Assembly: GCA_963731735.1 (NCBI GenBank)
Contig: CAVSWO010000002.1
Location: forward strand, 470,001 to 534,000
From: Candidatus Kerfeldbacteria bacterium
GTDB taxonomy: Bacteria; Patescibacteriota; Patescibacteriia; SBBC01; CAIJZX01
DNA: 64,000 nucleotides
Direction of reading: 5' to 3'
In this document: piece after piece, positions 30,571 to 40,953 of the stretch
Layout: each line of letters opens with the position of its first letter
How positions within the stretch are numbered: position 1 is the first letter of the stretch
Notes under the pieces: generated by a model
Seen by the model: only the letters and a program-made list of their open reading frames with translations
The model's database searches: none
What the model was told of the DNA's origin: nothing
Translations under genes and position numbers: made by a program

Positions 30571-31992
30571 ATGAGCAAAATAACACTTTCTATCATTATC
30601 GGTACTGTCATTGCCCTTGGTGGTGGAATTTGGTGGGTCATTGTATCACATACTCCCGCCACTCGGACGAGCAATAGCGTCAACGCAAAGATAAATCAAA
30701 ATGCCAATCCCGCGGCGGCCTATGTCTGCCCCTTTCCGGTGACTAATGCTCCCGAATTGGCGGCTAGTTATGGTGTCCCCGAGGGCTGGCAGGTTGAAAA
30801 GAGTAACGGCACGTTAGCGATTATGGAAGACGAGCGAAATCTGACTGCCGCTTTTGTTTATACTGCCAAACTCGAGAAAGATCTGTCGGCTGAAACATTT
30901 CTCAATCAATTCGGTAAAATTTTTGATACCGCAGTGACTGATGCTGGTGGCAGTTTTTCGCTTGGGCAAGTGACGGTTACGGGGAATACCGCTACCGCCT
31001 CAGCCCAAGCCTCTGTCAGTGAGGGAGATCTCCAAGGCGTATTTGCAACCTCGAAAGACCCAGGCTTTGTAACCTTTACTGCCTATTGGGCACCCGTGGA
31101 CACCTTTGCCGCCAAAGAAGCCACTCTACAAGACGTGGTACATTGCTACACGCGCAGCACCAGTTTAACCGACGCGCAGCTGACCGCGGCGGCTACTGCC
31201 AAGCAAGCTGCTGATCAGGAGAACACCGCCGCTGCGCAAGGTAGTAACCCTTGGGGGGCGTTCTCTGCTGGAAGTGATGGAGCATTCAGTTTTCAAGCCC
31301 CAGCCAGCTGGACCTCGAATGCAAATTCGGCCGGAGAATCAAGTGGGCTAGCGCTTGACGCCCCGGGAAGCGACGCATCGGTCGCTTTCCTATATAACCT
31401 TGGACGTTATGGCGCGGCTGATCCAGAAGAATTTGCTCGGACGACGATGGCGGTGACTTACGGAATTCAAGCGACCTTATCTAATCACCAGACGGTTGAT
31501 GGCGTGGACGTGTATGATTTTCACGGCACCTTCAGCGGGAAGGACGTCAATGGAGCGGTAGCCGTCCGAATTGAACCGTATCAAACCTTTTTCGCGCACT
31601 ATCTCGGCGTCATGATTGCCAATGCGGACAAATGGACAACTTATGCGCCGACCCTGAACCAAATCCAAGCTTCGATTCGATTGACCGACGCCGGACAGGA
31701 ACTGAGTAGTTTACCCGACATACCAAATTATGATTCGGCGGCGTTATTTGGCGAGAACGCTGGTGCCGGCTCATCCGTGACGTCCAGTCAGTCGTACAAA
31801 GACGCGGTTGATGATCAAGCCAGTCAAAATTGGGAAGACGCGATGCTCGGTTTTCAAACCATGGAATCACCATCCACCGGAGATCACTATGATGTGCCGC
31901 TGAACTCCTACAACCCCACCGGTCCCAATGGCGGCGGTTACTATCGGAAACTTCCGGGCGGTGGATTGGAACAACTGTCTCCAGTGCAATAA
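30571..31992 (+). CDS. hypothetical membrane-anchored extracellular protein (473 aa)
   Basis: N-terminal TM anchor (ITLSIIIGTVIALGGGIWWVIV), then a low-complexity Ala/Thr/Ser-rich ectodomain. No known domain. Confidence 0.5.
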   Translation: MSKITLSIIIGTVIALGGGIWWVIVSHTPATRTSNSVNAKINQNANPAAAYVCPFPVTNAPELAASYGVPEGWQVEKSNGTLAIMEDERNLTAAFVYTAKLEKDLSAETFLNQFGKIFDTAVTDAGGSFSLGQVTVTGNTATASAQASVSEGDLQGVFATSKDPGFVTFTAYWAPVDTFAAKEATLQDVVHCYTRSTSLTDAQLTAAATAKQAADQENTAAAQGSNPWGAFSAGSDGAFSFQAPASWTSNANSAGESSGLALDAPGSDASVAFLYNLGRYGAADPEEFARTTMAVTYGIQATLSNHQTVDGVDVYDFHGTFSGKDVNGAVAVRIEPYQTFFAHYLGVMIANADKWTTYAPTLNQIQASIRLTDAGQELSSLPDIPNYDSAALFGENAGAGSSVTSSQSYKDAVDDQASQNWEDAMLGFQTMESPSTGDHYDVPLNSYNPTGPNGGGYYRKLPGGGLEQLSPVQ

Positions 31993-32016
31993 AAAACCCC
32001 GCGCCGGAGCGCGGGG
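31991..32016 (-). terminator. bidirectional hairpin terminator (strong on the minus strand)
   Basis: The plus strand reads AAAAAA-CCCCGCGC-cgga-GCGCGGGG-AAAA. On the minus strand a U-run follows the 8-bp GC hairpin. It closes the convergent genes 30571..31992 and 32034..32366. Confidence 0.55.
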
Positions 32017-32033
32017 AAAACAGGAGAGGGTGG

Positions 32034-32366
32034 CTAGTGCTTACAGAACTTCTCGATCAGGGAGACCAGCAGCTCCTTCGGACCTGTAACGATCAGGTTA
32101 CCATTCGAGCGCTCGATCACACGCAGTTCCGGCCGACCGGCGATATAGACGGTCAGGCCGTCCAGATTGATGGCACGTTCCGGTTTCGTAATGCCCAGCC
32201 GATAGGCCTGATCATCCAAATGATGAAAACTGAACGACTGGCCGCGCAGGCACTTTTCGAGTCGGAGAAACTCCGGCGTCTTCTGATACGGCTTGACGAT
32301 CGACCGCGGTTCCGAAATGGTCACGAGCTTCCTCCTGAAGCAGATTGGGGAAATGAACAGCGACAT
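32034..32366 (-). CDS. hypothetical protein, weakly SepF/DUF552-like
   Basis: KLVTISEPRSIVKPYQ...AINLDGLTVYIAGRPELRVIERSNGNLIVTGPKEL loosely follows the SepF pattern (EPrsf...NL...DFlsG.vyAldG...FLltP.nV). No dcw-cluster context. Start chosen at the internal M (MSLFISPI). Confidence 0.3.
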   Translation of the reverse strand: MSLFISPICFRRKLVTISEPRSIVKPYQKTPEFLRLEKCLRGQSFSFHHLDDQAYRLGITKPERAINLDGLTVYIAGRPELRVIERSNGNLIVTGPKELLVSLIEKFCKH

Positions 32367-32464
32367 CGGACGATGTGTAGGGGGCAGGATAGGAAATATC
32401 TCCCCATTGGTCAAGTTGGAAAATTTGGCTTTTCTTCGGGTATAGGCTAGGGTATCCTTATCGC

Positions 32465-33022
32465 ATGGAAGAGCAACTCGATATTCTGACCCCCGAGGGA
32501 GTGCCGACTGGCCAGGTCGCCCCGTATTCGAAAATTCACGCCCAGGGTGCTTGGCATCAAACCGTCCACGTCTGGATCCTGACCCCGGACGGCCAACTGC
32601 TTATGCAACTCCGCGGGCCCAAAATGGACATCTGTCCCAATACCTGGGATATTTCAAGCGCCGGCCACGTCATCGCCGGTGAAAGCTTGGAACAAGGGGC
32701 CAGACGTGAAATACAGGAAGAAACCGGATTACAGATTAGCGCAGATCAGCTCGAACGCATTGGCCAGGTGAAAAATGATAGCCAGCCGGCCGCCACGTCC
32801 GCCAACCGCGAATTCCAAACGATTTACCTGATTCGCCAACCGATTGAACTTGGCGCCTTGCGTCCGCAGGCCAGTGAAATTACCAAATTCCGATTGACAC
32901 CGTGGCGAGAACTGCAACGCCAAGTCGCGGCCGGTGATACCAGCCTGACGCCGCACCCGGAAGAATATCAGTTACTTTTTTCCTATCTCGAACAGCATTC
33001 GCCGTATGCCAACACCAACTGA
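32465..33022 (+). CDS. Nudix hydrolase (isopentenyl-diphosphate isomerase-like subgroup)
   Basis: Nudix box GHVIAGESLEQGARREIQEETGL. N-terminal GAWHQTVHVWILTPDGQLLMQLR, typical of the Idi/Nudix subgroup. Confidence 0.75.
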   Translation: MEEQLDILTPEGVPTGQVAPYSKIHAQGAWHQTVHVWILTPDGQLLMQLRGPKMDICPNTWDISSAGHVIAGESLEQGARREIQEETGLQISADQLERIGQVKNDSQPAATSANREFQTIYLIRQPIELGALRPQASEITKFRLTPWRELQRQVAAGDTSLTPHPEEYQLLFSYLEQHSPYANTN

Positions 33023-34808
33023 AGAAATTAAGCAACGGATTGATATCGTCGAATATATCGGCGAATCGGTCCAGCTCAAAGCCGCCGGGAGCAACTGGAA
33101 AGGCAAGTGCCCGTTTCATAACGAACGCACACCGTCGTTTATGGTTTCGCGTGATCGCGGGACTTGGCATTGCTTCGGCTGCGGTCGGGGCGGCGATATT
33201 TTTTCCTTCGTCCAAGAACAGGACGGTTTAGACTTTCCGGAAGCTCTGCGTCTGCTGGCGAAGCGAGCCGGAGTCGAATTGAAAAGTTTCGATCCAAAAT
33301 TGCAGACGCAACGAACCAAGATTTTAGACGCCTTGCGTTGGACGACCAAGTGGTATCAGGAAAATCTTAAAAAATCGAAAGAAGCCGAACCGGTGCGCGC
33401 TTATTTGCGCGAACGTGGCCTGACAGACCAAACAATTGAAACCTGGCAAATCGGGTACGCTCCGAAGCAATTGACCGCCACCGCCCAGGCCTTAAAGCAA
33501 AAAGGAGTATCCGATGATGACGCCTTCCAAGCCGGACTGACCCTCAAGAATGATCGCGGGGCCGGCTACATCGATCGTTTCCGCGGCCGAATTATGTTTC
33601 CGTTGCACGATCCGCACGGGACCGTGATCGGTTTTAGCGGTCGCATTTTCGAACCCAACCTTGACCCGAGTCGCCCGGTTCCACCCAAGTACATCAATTC
33701 CCCGCAAACCGCCGTATATCACAAGAGTCTGCATCTCTTCGGTTTGGACAAAGCCAAAGCCGCTATCAAGCAAGCCAAGAAAGTTGTACTGGTCGAAGGC
33801 CAAATGGATTGCATCGCTTCCCATCAAGCCGGCGTGGCCAATGTGGTGGCCACGGGCGGAACCGCATTGACCCGAGATCATGTGACCTACCTCAAACGCT
33901 TCACCAACACGCTGGTATTTGCGTTTGACCAAGACACAGCCGGTGCGCAAGCCGTCTTACGTGGAGTCGATCAGGCTCTGCAAGCCGGCGTTGACGTACT
34001 GGTGGTGACCTTGCCATCCGGTAAAGATCCGGATGAACTCATTCGACATGATCGGGCCGCCTGGGAACAAGCAATCGCATCGGCCGCGCCGGTGATGGAT
34101 TATTTCTTCACCCAATCCACGCACGATCGCGATTTGCAGAACATTCAAGTCAAGAAGGAAGTCGCACGAGAACTCTTGCCAATTGTTGCGAAACTCTCCG
34201 ATCCAATTGAGCAGGCCCATTACCTGGAACGCTTGGCTCAACTGGTTGGGGTTGAGGCGTCGAATTTACGGAGTTCGTTACCGTCAGGCGCGCCCGGAAC
34301 GACCGCCCGTAGGCCGAGCCCTCCGCCGGCTCCGATGGCGCGCCCAGACCGTGCTCAGGCTATATCTGAGCGCTTGCTGGCAATGCTGGTACAGTCCCCA
34401 GGATTTCTCAAACAAACCGCCGGCAACCTGGCCCCGGAATTACTGGCTGGCGATCAGCTGCAGCGGCTGTACAAAACAGTCATGATTTGGTATACTGAGC
34501 GCCACGTCGAGAGCCGGGAAGATATTGAACGGCTCGTCTCGACGGTCGAACCGGAGCAGCAAGAACTCTTTACCCTGCTGTTCCTGTTAGCTGACAAAGA
34601 GTTTCCGGACGATTCCGATCTCAATCGCGAACAGGAGTACGTGTCGATGGTGACCAGCCTCAAACGGCGATCCCTGGCACGCCGACTCCGACAGCTGGAA
34701 TCCGCCATCCGACAACTTGAGCAGCAGCCCGACCAAACCGGCCAGCCCTTGGCCGATTTACTCAATGAATTTCAACAACTGACGCGCCAACTGCGCGAGT
34801 TGTCCTAA
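33006..34808 (+). CDS. dnaG: DNA primase
   Basis: Zinc-ribbon [13 protein letters not shown]...[11 protein letters not shown], a TOPRIM domain ([17 protein letters not shown]...FAFDQDTAG) and a C-terminal helicase-binding region. 600 aa. Confidence 0.9.
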   Translation: MPTPTEEIKQRIDIVEYIGESVQLKAAGSNWKGKCPFHNERTPSFMVSRDRGTWHCFGCGRGGDIFSFVQEQDGLDFPEALRLLAKRAGVELKSFDPKLQTQRTKILDALRWTTKWYQENLKKSKEAEPVRAYLRERGLTDQTIETWQIGYAPKQLTATAQALKQKGVSDDDAFQAGLTLKNDRGAGYIDRFRGRIMFPLHDPHGTVIGFSGRIFEPNLDPSRPVPPKYINSPQTAVYHKSLHLFGLDKAKAAIKQAKKVVLVEGQMDCIASHQAGVANVVATGGTALTRDHVTYLKRFTNTLVFAFDQDTAGAQAVLRGVDQALQAGVDVLVVTLPSGKDPDELIRHDRAAWEQAIASAAPVMDYFFTQSTHDRDLQNIQVKKEVARELLPIVAKLSDPIEQAHYLERLAQLVGVEASNLRSSLPSGAPGTTARRPSPPPAPMARPDRAQAISERLLAMLVQSPGFLKQTAGNLAPELLAGDQLQRLYKTVMIWYTERHVESREDIERLVSTVEPEQQELFTLLFLLADKEFPDDSDLNREQEYVSMVTSLKRRSLARRLRQLESAIRQLEQQPDQTGQPLADLLNEFQQLTRQLRELS

Positions 34809-34815
34809 GTTTCCC

Positions 34816-36033
34816 ATGCCAAAAAAAGTTACGAAGAAGAAGGCGACCGTCAAATCCAAGCGGCCAGCCAAGAAGTCCGTTAAATCCACCAAGAAAAAGT
34901 CCAAAGCTTCGGCCAAGCGCATGTCGGTTGCGCCTGAGCATGCCTGGCCGGCTGAACAGGCCCAAGCGATTTTGCAAAAAGGCCGCCAGCGTGGATTCGT
35001 GACCGAAACAGAGTTACTCTATGCTTTCCCGGATCTCGAAGAATATCAAATCGAATACCAGAAACTACTTGATGATTTTGAAAAACAAGGTGTTTCGGTC
35101 GTAGAGTCCGGTCCGAGTTTATTGAATACCGATAAGCCAGCCTTTCTCGAACCGGCGAAATCAAAAAAGCACTTACCGCACGAAGAGCGCCACTTTGACT
35201 TGGGCGATATTTCCGGTGACTCGATTCAGATGTACCTGCGTGAAATCGGCAAGGTCCCGCTCCTGACCGCCGAAGAAGAAGTTTCCTTGGCCAAACGCAA
35301 AGAAGCCCAGGACAAAGAAGCGTCAAAAAAACTGGTTGAAGCTAACTTGCGTTTAGTGGTCTCGATTGCCAAAAAGTTCACCGGCCGCTCCCTGTCACTC
35401 CTCGACCTGATCCAAGAGGGGAACATCGGGTTGTTTCGGGCGGTTGAAAAATTTGACTATCGCAAGGGGTATAAGTTTTCCACCTACGCGACCTGGTGGA
35501 TCCGCCAGGCCATCACCCGCGCCCTGGCCGATCAATCACGCACCATTCGGATTCCGGTGCATATGGTTGAAACCATCAATAAGTTTCAGCAGATTGAACG
35601 CCAACTGATTCAAGATCTCGGCCGCGAACCGTTGGCTGAAGAAATCGCGGCAGAAATGGGCGAGCCAATTGAAAAAATTCGCCAAATCATCAAAATCTCG
35701 CAAGAAACAGTTTCGCTCGAGACGCCGGTCGGTGAAGATGATGAAGACTCGAATCTCGGTGATTTCATCGAAGACGTTAAAACCATTTCACCCGACAAAG
35801 TGGCAGCCTCGCAATTGTTGCGCGACCATGTCCAGGCGATTATTGGCGATCTGACGCCGCGCGAACAAAAGATTTTGGAAATGCGATTTGGATTGCATGA
35901 CGGCGTAGCCCACACACTTGAGGAGGTTGGCCAGGAATTCGGTGTGACCCGTGAACGTATTCGCCAGATCGAATCCAAGGCGCTTGAGAAGATCAAGCAA
36001 CACGGACACATGCGAAAGCTCCAGGATTATTAA
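34816..36033 (+). CDS. rpoD: RNA polymerase sigma-70 factor RpoD
   Basis: Lys-rich N-terminus, region 1.2 ([21 protein letters not shown]), region 2 ([15 protein letters not shown]) and region 4 ([20 protein letters not shown]). Follows dnaG as in the classic operon. Confidence 0.95.
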   Translation: MPKKVTKKKATVKSKRPAKKSVKSTKKKSKASAKRMSVAPEHAWPAEQAQAILQKGRQRGFVTETELLYAFPDLEEYQIEYQKLLDDFEKQGVSVVESGPSLLNTDKPAFLEPAKSKKHLPHEERHFDLGDISGDSIQMYLREIGKVPLLTAEEEVSLAKRKEAQDKEASKKLVEANLRLVVSIAKKFTGRSLSLLDLIQEGNIGLFRAVEKFDYRKGYKFSTYATWWIRQAITRALADQSRTIRIPVHMVETINKFQQIERQLIQDLGREPLAEEIAAEMGEPIEKIRQIIKISQETVSLETPVGEDDEDSNLGDFIEDVKTISPDKVAASQLLRDHVQAIIGDLTPREQKILEMRFGLHDGVAHTLEEVGQEFGVTRERIRQIESKALEKIKQHGHMRKLQDY

Positions 36034-36042
36034 AGTAAAAAT

Positions 36043-36069
36043 GAGAGGCGGGCCGCCTCTCGTTTTTTA
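36043..36069 (+). terminator. rho-independent terminator after rpoD
   Basis: GAGAGGCGG-g-CCGCCTCTC followed by GTTTTTTAT. Confidence 0.7.
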
Positions 36070-36219
36070 TCTCAGTCGGGATGGCAATCAAAGACAAAAT
36101 TGCTCTTCGGGAGGTATTGGGTACAATAGGCGCAGACACATCACAGTTGAAACGAGAAATTATGCCAAAAAATCTGTTGAGCTCGAGCAAAAATTTCTCT
36201 CTCGGCAAACAATCTTAAT

Positions 36220-38583
36220 CAGGATGTTTTTGTTAACAACATTTTTTGTGGGCGGATTGGCTGTGCTGGCGGCTCTTATCATACCGTTGACGGTAACGAT
36301 CGAACCACCCCGATTTCAAGCTGAGTAATGGCAAATACACGATCACAGCGGGGGATTTTGTCATTGTTAATGATGATGGCAGCGGTTGAAGCTGTGTATA
36401 AGGTTGCGGGGTTGGCGCACGACATTACGATTGATGGAAATTTCAAAACAATCACTACGCAAGGCAAAGCGGCGGTAGAGATCGGAGATTTCGATGACGG
36501 CGCTGCATACGTGACGCTAAGAATCTTAATTACACGGAGGCGTCTCAACTACGGCGATAAAGTCAATCATATTACTTGAAAATCTAAGCGTAATAGCATT
36601 AATCTCGGGCAGCGATGATGATATTGTGCGAGACAATATCGTTGGTGGCGGTGGCATCAGGTTACAACGGAGACATTGACGGCTTTTGGCCTTCGGACGC
36701 AGGTGATGAACAATGTGTGACGGGCGGCGCGAACGTAAAACTTTGTTTGAAGTGGTGATGGGAAAGTGCACATGTCTCGGACGGACACGGTGTAACGGCA
36801 ATACTTCACGATGATCGCAATGATCGCACAGAAGCACGGCGCAGTTGTATTCGCTGCGCACGCATGTTACGTTTACGATAATAACATCTGGTGGACGAGT
36901 AACATTGGATTGTACATGCGGGATGAGGCGATGACGGACTGTACGAAAACAATACTTTCGTAGCATAATCAAGAGCTTATCCGCATAGCATCGGGAGAAT
37001 GCCCGACAAAACCTTCCCAGCACGCAACCGCTTTCATAATAACATCTTTCAGTCCGATTTTTCACAGGCAACCTTTTTCCAGGGGATGGGTTCCAACAAC
37101 CAATTACGACAACACTTTTTGGGGTGGGGATCGGGGAACGTTGTTACAAAACGATGGCAACATGTACGATCACAACACGTTTTATCTGACGGGTGGTGGA
37201 GTGATGGATATGGATTATGAAAAGGAAACGCCGGACACCTGGACCAATAATATATTTAGCTATGCGTCTGGGAATGTTTTTGACCTACAAGATTGGACTT
37301 TCGGCTGGTACACCGGGGATTACAATTTGTTCTTCAATCGATCCGGAAACGTGACGTTTGATGGTTACGCCTCCTTAAGCGCCTGGCGAACAGCCAGCGG
37401 TAATCAGGACGACGTCGATTCAATTGAGGCCGATCCGCAATTCAACAACCCGAGTTTAGGAGATTTTACCATTCCGATTACTTCGCCAGCTCATCAAGCC
37501 GCCTCAGACGGATCCGATATTGGAGCCTGGCCATATGGGAGCACTCCGCCGCCTCCGCCGCCACCACCAGAGTGTACAGAAAACTGGCAATGCGATAACT
37601 GGAGCACGTGTGTGGATGGCCAGCAATCCCGGACATGTACCGATTTGAATAACTGCGGTACAACTGTCAACCAACCCCCGCTAACTCGAAAAGCTGTACC
37701 GGAAGCTGCACGGAAAATTGGGACTGTACCGACTGGAGCCTTTGTCTGAATAACCAGCAATCCCGGACATGTACCGATTTGAATAATTGCGGTACAACGC
37801 TTAATCGACTCCACTGACCCAAAGCTGTTCGTCATGCTCGGAAATCTGGCGATGCGGCGACTGGACGAATTGCCAAAACGGCCAGCAATCCCGGACTTGT
37901 TACATGCGAATCTTTGTGGCACATCCGTCACGCGGCCAGCCTTGACCCAATCTTGCGTCGATACGTCGTTGTCTTGTGCGCTGTCTGATCTGTCGTGCTA
38001 CAGCTGCGCGACCAACTGGTCGGACGACAGCACCAATCACAACCGAATCCTGGCGCCGAGCGGGGGATCACGACCAGGTGGTGTCTGCCTAAGTACCGTT
38101 TCAAGGCCGGCGTTGTGCGATGGCACAAACGCGATTGAGGACGTGACGCTCAGTGCGGGCAGCCTGAGCTATGGTCAGTCACTGACCGTGTCGGTCGATT
38201 ATGCCTGCTACAAAGACTCCAGCCATAATGCCGACGATCTGACGCTGTGGTATTTTAATGGCTCGGCTTGGAAAAAATTAAAAACCTGGACGTCCGCTTC
38301 CGGTAATCTTCCGGGCTGCAGTTCGGCGCCGCCCACCTGGCCATCTCCGTTGATCTCACCGTTGCCAGTCAGTGCCAAGAGCGGTACCGTCAGCTGGACC
38401 TTCACGCCCGATCGCGTAAAGGGAACGCACTACGTTCGGGCGTTCGAAGATTCGACCGGCGCGTCCTCGGGTGACACACCTTGTCCGACCACCATGAGCT
38501 GGGGCAATATCGATGACCATGGATTTACCGTCACGAACAGTGGCGGTGGCGGAGGGGGGCCTAGAAAAATCCCAACCGAATAA
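36220..38583 (+). pseudogene. frameshift-fragmented gene for a large secreted right-handed beta-helix protein with Cys-rich repeats and a C-terminal domain (or uncorrected sequencing errors)
   Basis: The pieces sit in three different frames. There is a signal-anchor ORF (MFLLTTFFVGGLAVLAALIIPLTV, 36220-36327). Beta-helix-like peptides follow (ISGSDDDIVRDNIVGGGG; NRFHNNIFQSD; ...ADPQFNNPSLGDFTIPITSPAHQAASDGSDIGAWPYG). Then a Pro8 linker and three Cys-rich repeats (C[TS]E[NI]W.C..W..C..GQQSRTC...), each in a different frame. A 249-aa C-terminal ORF (37834..38583) closes the gene. At least four frameshifts in total. Confidence 0.5.
37573..37960 (+). repeat. three tandem direct repeats (periods about 134 and 128 bp) encoding the Cys-rich motif
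   Basis: The core cagcaatcccggacatgtaccgatttgaataa(c/t)tgcggtacaac occurs at 37621 and 37755. A diverged copy lies at 37883. The repeat periods are not multiples of 3, so the frame slips at each unit. Confidence 0.6.
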
Positions 38584-38622
38584 AAAAAGAGGTTCCGCTC
38601 CAGCAACTGCCAGAGCGGAACC
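38582..38622 (-). terminator. rho-independent terminator for the NHL-repeat gene
   Basis: The minus strand reads GGTTCCGCTC-tggcagttgctg-GAGCGGAACC followed by TCTTTTTTTATT. Confidence 0.65.
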
Positions 38623-38640
38623 AGTACATAGAACGTATCG

Positions 38641-39594
38641 TTACTTGCGGTAGTTGACCTTGAGGCTCCCCCAGGTCAGCTTTTCGGTGGGGGTGGTGGT
38701 TGATCCGAATACTTCGATTCGATGATTGTTACGGTCGGAAACGTACACGTCGCCATCCGGGCTGACTGCCACACCGAAGGGGTTGTCGAACTGTCCGGAA
38801 TCGTGTCCATACGATCCCCAGGCCGACATCCATTCACCGAACGCTGTGAATTGCTTGACCTGGTGACTCAGGCGGTCGGCCACCAGCCGGTCGCCAGTAG
38901 CATCAATCGCGATCCCGACCGGGTACGCAAGCTGCCAAATATCACCACCGGGCGTTCCCCAGGTAGCCAGCATACCGCCATCGGGATTGAAGGTTTGGAT
39001 CTGGCCGTTGCCCGTGTCCGAAATGGAAATGAGACCGCAGGCATCAATCGCAATCCCACAGGGAGATTGAAATTGGCCATCCATTGACCCCGAGCTCCCC
39101 CAGGCGAGCATGAATGCGCCGTCGGGCCCGAACTTCTGGATACGATGATTGCCGGTATCGGCCACATAGACGCAACCATCCGGTCCGACTGCAATACCGT
39201 ACGGATTGTCGAACTGACCTGGGCAAGATCCGAAAGTGCCCCAGGCGTGGATCAGCACGCCATCAAGCGTGTAAACCAGCACATGGGCCAGCGAAGCATC
39301 GACCACATACAGTCGATCGTTGCCAACAGCCAGCCCGATGGGAGCGGATAATTCGCGTCCGCTCCACCCGGCCATATACTCGCCCGAAGTCGTGAACTTC
39401 TGAATGCGTCGATTGCCAGTGTCGGAGACGTAGATGTTTCCCTGCGGATCGGTGGCGACACCAGTTGGATGGTTGAACTGCCCGGCACCGCAGCCAAGCG
39501 AACCCCAGATGAACCGAAATTTGGCTGCATTGACCGGGGTCGACTGCAGACAAAGCAGCATGATGAACAAGAAGAGCGCCTGCGCATAACGCAT
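38641..39594 (-). CDS. secreted NHL-repeat (six-bladed beta-propeller) protein
   Basis: Signal peptide MRYAQALFLFIMLLCLQSTPVNA. Six repeats of the NHL pattern (GQFNHPTGVATDPQGNIYVSDTGNRRIQKF ... GQFDNPFGVAVSPDGDVYVSDRNNHRIEVF). Confidence 0.8.
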   Translation of the reverse strand: MRYAQALFLFIMLLCLQSTPVNAAKFRFIWGSLGCGAGQFNHPTGVATDPQGNIYVSDTGNRRIQKFTTSGEYMAGWSGRELSAPIGLAVGNDRLYVVDASLAHVLVYTLDGVLIHAWGTFGSCPGQFDNPYGIAVGPDGCVYVADTGNHRIQKFGPDGAFMLAWGSSGSMDGQFQSPCGIAIDACGLISISDTGNGQIQTFNPDGGMLATWGTPGGDIWQLAYPVGIAIDATGDRLVADRLSHQVKQFTAFGEWMSAWGSYGHDSGQFDNPFGVAVSPDGDVYVSDRNNHRIEVFGSTTTPTEKLTWGSLKVNYRK

Positions 39595-39742
39595 TACTGC
39601 ACCTCCAGTTTGGAAGTTGAGTTCGTATTCGCAAGTTGACGAAGGGCGGAAAGAACTGACGAGCCTACACTATTTGTAGCATTTTGTCAAGCCAGATCGC
39701 TGTCCAGTATTTTTATTACCCAAGTATGCAGTCCCACGGAGT

Positions 39743-40171
39743 CTACTTGATAGCCATCAAGATAGCGCCCGAAGTCAGTAAAACCGCGCCCAAACCAGAT
39801 TTCCAACTCAAGTGATCACCCAGCGTCAGGACAGCCAGGATTAAAACAAAGACCACGCTCAAGCGATCGATGGCCGCCACGCCCGGTGCTGGTCCGGATT
39901 TGAGAGCCAGGAAGTAGAAGAACCAAGAGGTGGCGCCAGCCAATCCGGAAAGCACAATAAAGGTCAAGGCGTGGCGATCAATCATGCCCGCCATTTTCCA
40001 TTTGCCCAAGACCGTGGCAGCCAGGACCAGAAAGCCGGCCATCACAATCGCGCGAACGGTGGTGGCCAGAGTTGAATCAATATGACTAATACCAATCTTC
40101 CCAAAAATCGCAACCAAGGCCGCCGTAGCGGCTGAAAGTAAGGCATACAGAATCCAGGTTGGCATGGGCAC
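39743..40171 (-). CDS. EamA-domain (DMT superfamily) small membrane transporter
   Basis: 142 aa with 4-5 TM helices. The EamA half-repeat reads SWFFYFLALKSGPAPGVAAIDRLSVVFVLILAVLTLGD. Confidence 0.65.
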   Translation of the reverse strand: MPMPTWILYALLSAATAALVAIFGKIGISHIDSTLATTVRAIVMAGFLVLAATVLGKWKMAGMIDRHALTFIVLSGLAGATSWFFYFLALKSGPAPGVAAIDRLSVVFVLILAVLTLGDHLSWKSGLGAVLLTSGAILMAIK

Positions 40172-40279
40172 AGTGTAGCATTCGCCACCGGTTTTTGACC
40201 ATCATGCTCCTCGTTGACGAGCTGGAAAATATTCCCTATACTCCTCCCGTTCCTTTCCCGGCTGATCACGGCTCATGAT

Positions 40280-40354
40280 TCCCAGGTAGCTCAATGGTAG
40301 AGCAGCGCGCTGTTAACGCGTTGGTTGTCGGTTCGAGTCCGACCCTGGGAGCCA
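40280..40354 (+). tRNA. tRNA-Asn (anticodon GTT)
   Basis: TCCCAGGTAGCTCAATGGTAGAGCAGCGCGCTGTTAACGCGTTGGTTGTCGGTTCGAGTCCGACCCTGGGAGCCA folds as a cloverleaf with anticodon loop CTGTTAA. CCA is encoded. Flanked by the inverted repeat ggctcatga / tcatgagcc, which extends the acceptor stem. Confidence 0.85.
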
Positions 40355-40419
40355 TGAGCCGTCAATCGGTTTTTTTGGGATCACTTGTCGTAGGCACCTA
40401 AAGCAGTCATACTATTCGC

Positions 40420-40953
40420 ATGAAACCCTTTGTGCCTGAACCCGCGCGACGATGGATCGGTCTTGGCCTGTTCCTGATTGGTATGGTTGCAACGGTTATC
40501 GCGCTGCAAATACCGGCGCTCTCGCAAGCAATCAAGGATCTTGAACATGCCGGATACTTTGGCGCCATCGTGGTTGGCATCATGTACGCGATCAGCCTAA
40601 CCTCGGCTACGGCCACCCTGGTATTCGCGCAAATTCCGGACTCACTCAATCCGATTATGATCGCGGTGGCCGGCGGATTTGGCGCCATGTTATACGACAT
40701 CAGTATTTTTTCATTGACCCGACGAACCAGTTTTCGTGAACGGGTTGCTCACTGGTCCGAAGCACTCACTCACCACGAAAAGTTACCGCGCTGGTTAAGC
40801 ATCACCATCGGAGCAATTATTATCGCCTCCCCGTTACCGGATGAACTCGGGGCCACCTTTTTCGGGACGAGCAACCTCCCATTCCGGCCATTTTTGGCAC
40901 TCTCATTCTCCCTGAATGTGGCCGGCATATTATTTGTAACCGGAGTGTTTTGA
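40420..40953 (+). CDS. hypothetical integral membrane protein
   Basis: 177 aa with about 5 TM helices. No recognisable domain. Its stop overlaps the next gene. Confidence 0.4.
   Translation: MKPFVPEPARRWIGLGLFLIGMVATVIALQIPALSQAIKDLEHAGYFGAIVVGIMYAISLTSATATLVFAQIPDSLNPIMIAVAGGFGAMLYDISIFSLTRRTSFRERVAHWSEALTHHEKLPRWLSITIGAIIIASPLPDELGATFFGTSNLPFRPFLALSFSLNVAGILFVTGVF

Noticed and set aside
36526-37071. 181-aa Cys/His-rich minus-strand ORF
   Set aside because: It is antisense to the beta-helix pseudogene fragments. The plus strand carries recognisable beta-helix peptides and the minus strand carries none.
37573-37960. Tandem repeats as a possible CRISPR array or minisatellite
   Set aside because: The units are 128-134 bp and encode a Cys-rich protein motif, with no short spacer-repeat organisation. 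They are coding-sequence repeats.
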